NCBI RefSeq assembly: GCF_003704095.1
Contig: NW_020847607.1
Span: forward strand, 620,001-684,000
Direction: 5' to 3'
Length of the DNA stretch: 64,000 nucleotides
From: Pocillopora damicornis
Lineage: Eukaryota
Shown in pieces: positions 58,926 through 64,000 of this stretch. The stretch's first letter is position 1, and each line of letters begins with the position of its first letter. The translations under genes and the position numbers were made by a program. The notes under the pieces were generated by a model. It did not search any database, was not told where the DNA came from, and saw only the letters and a list, made by a program, of their open reading frames with translations.

Positions 58926-61900
58926 CTAATACTTAAAGTTTTCGTTCCTAGTGCTTAACACTCCTCTGATCATGGCCTCCTCTTCGTCATCCTCAAGATC
59001 GAGGTCATCATTTGAGATCAGCATCGGTACCGGCTCCCTACGAGCATCGGCCCCGCCGCAGAATTTACGGGCTTTCTCAAAATGAAACAAATGACCACGA
59101 ATCTTGTACGCGAAAGAAGCGTACAGTAAGCCGCCTGTTCCAACTGCGCCCACAGACATCAGTGCCAACAAACCGAACGTCTCAGGCTTGGGAAGAGCTA
59201 TAACTAAGCAGAACATGAGAAGGCTTAAAATTGAGTTGAAAGAGTTTTGCATCCCGCCCACAATTCCTCTCTCTTGTTCTGGTACTGCCTCTTGGGTGAG
59301 TTGGGTGATGGTTAAATCAGACAACCATAATCCAAGGCGGGATGAGACGATCCCTGCAAGTAGCAAGCTGATGGAGACATATGAAAAACTGTTGCTTACG
59401 GCCTGCGGCATAGAGGCTGTTGTCTTCAAACTACAGTTGCGGTTTGAAGGAGAAGAAGTAGAAGGAGAGACGACTGAATTGGAAGGCACCACACTGGGTG
59501 TGGTCTTGGATGGCAAAATGGCTGTTGTGGATGGTATGGCTTGTGTTTTTGATCCATTCACCCGATTAACAACGGACGGCACTGTGACACTTGGTAAGGA
59601 CATTCTTGCCGTCGTTACTGCATTATTACTATAGTTTACAGCTCTTCTCATAAACTGCAAATTTGAAGGATGAACGTTTATAGAGGAATTCCTGGGCCCT
59701 TCATCTATGCAACTGGGAGAGAGAGTTGGTGTGGGAGTTGTCTGCTGAGGTGCCTTACACTGGGGCAGCACAGGTTGCCCTGAATTTCTCGGTAACAAGA
59801 AAAATGGCGAACCAGGAGCAAAGACAGCAGCGACACACAAAAGAAGGCAAGAAAACTGAAGAGACATGGAGAAAAGCCCGCAGCGAACAACACCAACAGC
59901 ATTTCTCAATCGGGGAAAAACAAATGTAGCAAAGACACCAAACAACGAACCAATGCCTCGTATCAGACTCAGAACTGACTCAGACAAACACTGCGTGTAA
60001 GCGTAACCAGTTGTTATGGCGCCAAACGAAATCACAGTGAAATACAACGAAGCCAGGGCAAGCCCAGGTCGGGCTACACTCTGTCTAAAATAAATGTGCC
60101 ATCCTATTTCAAAGGTCAGGATCCTTTTCTTAAATCGTGCATAGACACTTGGCTTGGGTTGTCTTTGAACGGGTCTGACAGTAACAGCTGGGACCAAAAC
60201 CTCAGCGCCATTCTGGCCCCTTTCTTGGTCTTCGTTTTCCATCCTTTCCAAGCGCTCATTAGATCCGTGAGGTTCATCAGCAGACATATCCACGGAAGAG
60301 TTGTCTTCAGTGTTAGAGTTGTGTCTTGTTGTGTCTATGACCTTGTGAGACAGGGCAGCCACGGCTTTGAAAACTGTCCAGAGAAGATAGTACTCTCCAA
60401 AAACCGATACAACATTCCAACCCGCTAAAAACAACACACCTGCCATTTTAGAGATGTAAGTCATCACCTGACCAACTACGATCGGAGCAAGGATCTTGCA
60501 ACAAAGATCAATTCTTCTCATCAATGCATTTGTACCTAAAAAAAATATGTTAAACCGTAGTTAGATCAGCCAGTCTATATGCTTTGGAATACGAAAATAA
60601 AAAGAGAACAAAACCAAAGACTGTCATTAATTTTGCACATAGTTCTATGTGTGATATATTGCTAGAATTTTTTTCAGTGATGTTTGTCATGAAATGACAT
60701 TCAAAGAATTTTTTTCTCATTTTTTTTTCTGGGTGAATCAAGGTTTACCAAGCCACAATCACTGGTTTTGTCAAAACACAGAGACAAGGTCCCAAACCAA
60801 ACTGCAGATGTCTCTGTCAATGCATATAGGGATGGGCCACTCCATTATGGAATGGGGGAATAAACAAGTAAAGGAACAGAAGGAGTGAAGAGGTGAAGTG
60901 GCTCAAGCTACTGGTGCTTATCTTCAGTTTTTGTGGCATGTAGTGACTTAGACTGCTCCATCTGCATGTAATGCAAGTCCATCACAAGCTATCCCATAGA
61001 ATTTTGTTAGGATTTCTGGTCAGTTTGCTGGAACCCATTTATTATACTGTAAGGGTGGAAAGAGGTACTGTGAGTGCAAAGAATCTTGCCATAGAACACA
61101 ATACAGCAACCCCTTGGGGCTCAATCCCAGATCTCTTTGAGAAAAAAAATTGACAAATATGCCTTTTTCAGCTGAAATACAATCATGGAAATTCAAATAT
61201 TTAATTGTCCACTTCCAGCATACTTACTTGCCAGTAGTGATTTATCTGAGCCAGCAATCACTACCACCCAGTCCTTCTCTACAGCAATTTTTGTGCCAAC
61301 ACTAGACAAGTCAGCTACAGAGCCAATGATGATAATGTTGGCTTCCAGCAACATGGTGTATGGATGTTGGATGTGCTCCTCTAATTTTAACATAATCAAC
61401 AGCAAAACTCCACAGATTATCACCGCAACATTTTGAATTATCAATGAAATTTGTGCCACTGAAACAAAAAGTGAATGTAACGCTCAAAATATTTTAATAA
61501 GCTATGTTTTGATGAGCAGTTATTAGGTGGATATTTTTTTTCTTATGTAATTTATACTCTTCAGTAAAACTATATTTTAGTCTTTTGTTCCTGTTTTTCC
61601 ATTTTTAAAGGTTTACTGACCAGCAAGTTATTCAATTCACTAAGAGACTGATCTGCTCAGTTATCAACTGTATTCTTCACTCACTAACTGACAAACTGAC
61701 TGGCTGGCAGACAGGCACACTGACTGACCGCTGGATTGCCTTCATGAAAGCTTGACCACCAAACTCATGGTGAAACTCACTGACTGATTGATGGATTGAC
61801 AGACTGATTAACTGACTGGCTCTAAGAAGAAATGTCTGACTCAGTGACTGACTCACTGACTGATTGACGGACTGAATCATTGATTGACTAGCTGACTGAT

Positions 61901-63135
61901 TGGGTGATTAAATGTCTGACTGACTGACTGACTGTGATGTAATGACTGACTCAGTGACTGACTAACTGATTAATTGACAGACTCAGTGACTGACTGACTG
62001 ACAAACCTTGTGAAAGAATGACTAACTGAGGAACTGATGACCAACCAACCTGCCAAATGATCTGTCTGTCTATTAGCTCAGGTTGCTTGCTGAAGGATTG
62101 GTAACTTAAGCCAGTATCATATTGCTGCATTCAAACTTAACATACCCTTCAGTCGAGGAGTTCCATCCACCCAATCTCCAACTAAAGGTCCAAATATGAT
62201 AATTGACAAGGTACTGATCAGTTGATAGATTGCTGTTAAGCGCAATGATCCTGGAGTGAGTTCAACTAGATACAGTCCAATAGCAAAATGCCACATGCGA
62301 TCTCCCTGCAAAAAACAAATTTTATGCAAGTGATTAACATGATTAAACAATTATAGCACGTCAAGTAGAGTTGGAGAATTTTTCTTAAAATAAAAGCCCA
62401 TCTGCTTTCTCATAACTAGTACATAAGTTGCTAACAAGTTTGTTGACACGTTCCAGAAGTAGGAGACAGATAACGAAATTTATATCTTTATATGACAATA
62501 CCATGCACCCTGGTGGCGTAAATGTCAAAAATAAGCGTCAGATCTGACGATATGGCTATTTTCAATATAATTGCTTTCCTTTAATTAACTTCACATACTT
62601 GCTTTTCTCCAGTTATGAATATGAAAACTAACTTACACTATAGAGCGATATATACCTGGAAATATAAAAAGGAGGAATCAGGAATGATTCAGCGATCAAA
62701 CCGCAGGGAAACTGAGTGTAATTAGCGAAGAACTAAGATAAATTGACGTGAAGCTGTTCACTTACCCAAGCGGAAAACAAATGACTGATACAAACAAGAT
62801 GTAGGGGCGAAATTTTACTACACTTCGCGGTAGCTTGCCTTCCTGCGGATAGGACGTTTAAAAAAGAAAGCTGTAACAAAATGGGATAACTTTGCGTAGA
62901 TTAATTTGGAAATATTTCGATAGCTAAACGGAGCAATAGAATTTTAGGTGAAGAATCTTGGAACTACTTCCTCTGCACTAAAATATATGTAAACTCGAAT
63001 ATTGTCTGCGTTGCAAAAGTGTCATTTGACAACAGCAATAGCCTCCAACTCACCGGCTGGCGTATTCCTCCGTCGCCCGACATCCGATCTCTCGCCGGAT
63101 TCTATTAGCGATTCTTCACTCTGCCCTTGCTCCAT
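58926..63135 (-). CDS. SLC40A1: Ferroportin (solute carrier family 40 member 1), ~719 aa; exons 63135-63054, 62842-62766, 62305-62146, 61458-61228, 60535-58926
   Basis: SHLFSAWGDRMWHFA, GDWVD, EKDWVVVIAG, NALMRRID, ITTGYAYTQ, PGSP, SRLGLWLSDLTITQLTQE, ERGIVGGMQNS; 2160 nt open frame. Confidence 0.95.
60895..61135 (-). mobile_element. tRNA-derived SINE copy in ferroportin intron 4
   Basis: gggtggaaagaggtactgtgagtgcaaagaatcttgccatagaacacaatac. Confidence 0.55.
61675..62045. repeat. Degenerate (ACTG)n tetranucleotide microsatellite in ferroportin intron 3
   Basis: tgactgactgactg runs across ~370 bp. Confidence 0.85.
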
Positions 63136-63183
63136 TTCTCGTCGGAATACAGGAAATATCGCAAAGTATCACAGTGGTATTTA

Positions 63184-63191
63184 CTTATATA
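63184..63191 (-). promoter_or_regulatory. Candidate TATA box of ferroportin
   Basis: TATATAAG on the minus strand ~50 nt upstream of the ATG. Confidence 0.4.
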
Positions 63192-64000
63192 ACTGCTCAG
63201 TCGAGCGCTAACTTGCTCCACACTCGAGGTTCTTTCCTTTCATACTACTCAGCGGTATTGTAACTAACAAATAGAAATGTGGTGTAGTGTTCATATAGTG
63301 GTTTCACTTGTTGAATCTATGAAAACCGACTGGAAAGAAGGAACTACAAGATGAGACGAAACACTGGAGACTCAGGAATTTTTAGAATATTGTATGCCGG
63401 CACCTAATATAAAGGGAGGATAACGATATTAAAAAATAACCAAAAGAGTCAAAATATTTTTTTCTTTCTTCTCCAGTCTTGTTTGTAGAGCTGTTAAAAT
63501 ATTTACAAAAAATATTAATAGCATCAACCGAAAGGGAAAAATGACGATTCGTGACTTTACATTTCGAACTACTGTGTAACTGAGGGGTTTGGGAAACGAT
63601 TTCTGGTCACGCAAAACGACTTGAAGCGACCGAACCCTCCCTTTTGATCCGCAACTGAAACTTTGGTAACGAAGTGAGGCTATAAATATTTATGATCATT
63701 AATGGAGTCAAATAAAGACGGTCAAAATATGTACAGAAAACTTTATTAATCATGACCCAAAGAATTGAATTCATTATGGTTTCATATGTATGCTTTAAAT
63801 AAAGGATAGATCGGAATGACGCTAAGGCAGAAACTTTTCTCAACGTAAACTTACTGTCTCACCTCTTATTGTCACCGAGTATTCGACAAGAGCTAGAAGC
63901 CGTAATGGACCTCTGACATTATGTAAATTCGCAGCCTTAATATGCATGACCAGCTGTATTGTTCAGCAAATTTTGATGTCTGCAGGTGTCTGGCCAAATT

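Noticed and set aside
59104-59634. 176-aa plus-strand ORF and other ORFs antisense to the GPCR and polycystin exons
   Set aside because: Antisense shadows of real coding exons with no independent motifs
61677-61880. S/Q/V-rich ORF
   Set aside because: Translation of the (ACTG)n microsatellite
63136-63300. Iron-responsive element in the ferroportin 5' UTR
   Set aside because: No C-N5-CAGUGH-N5 hairpin on the minus (mRNA) strand; the CAGTG at ~63172 is on the wrong strand, and the candidate TATA leaves only a very short UTR

Overview
Eukaryotic, intron-rich, AT-rich genomic DNA with six N gaps. The gene and repeat content suggests a cnidarian, probably a stony coral (inference). In order, the window holds: (1) the 5' part of a cyclic-nucleotide-binding-domain gene (-); (2) a neprilysin/ECE-like M13 metallopeptidase (+), whose HExxH exon is absent and probably lies in a gap; (3) a tandem cluster of eight class A GPCRs with intronless CDSs, one with an in-frame TGA in ICL3 and one frameshifted; (4) a 16-exon, ~2411-aa polycystin-1-like gene with an unusual LamG + mucin + Ly6/three-finger ectodomain; (5) a decayed ankyrin-repeat pseudogene; (6) CCDC89 (+); (7) ARPC2 (+); and (8) a ferroportin/SLC40A1 (-) lacking the C-lobe metal/hepcidin site. 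Interspersed are tRNA-SINEs, MITEs, satellites and a small repeat carrying a minimal hammerhead ribozyme core. Exon models were built by hand from GT-AG boundaries and reading-frame continuity. Homology calls and vertebrate residue numbering come from recalled motifs, not database searches.
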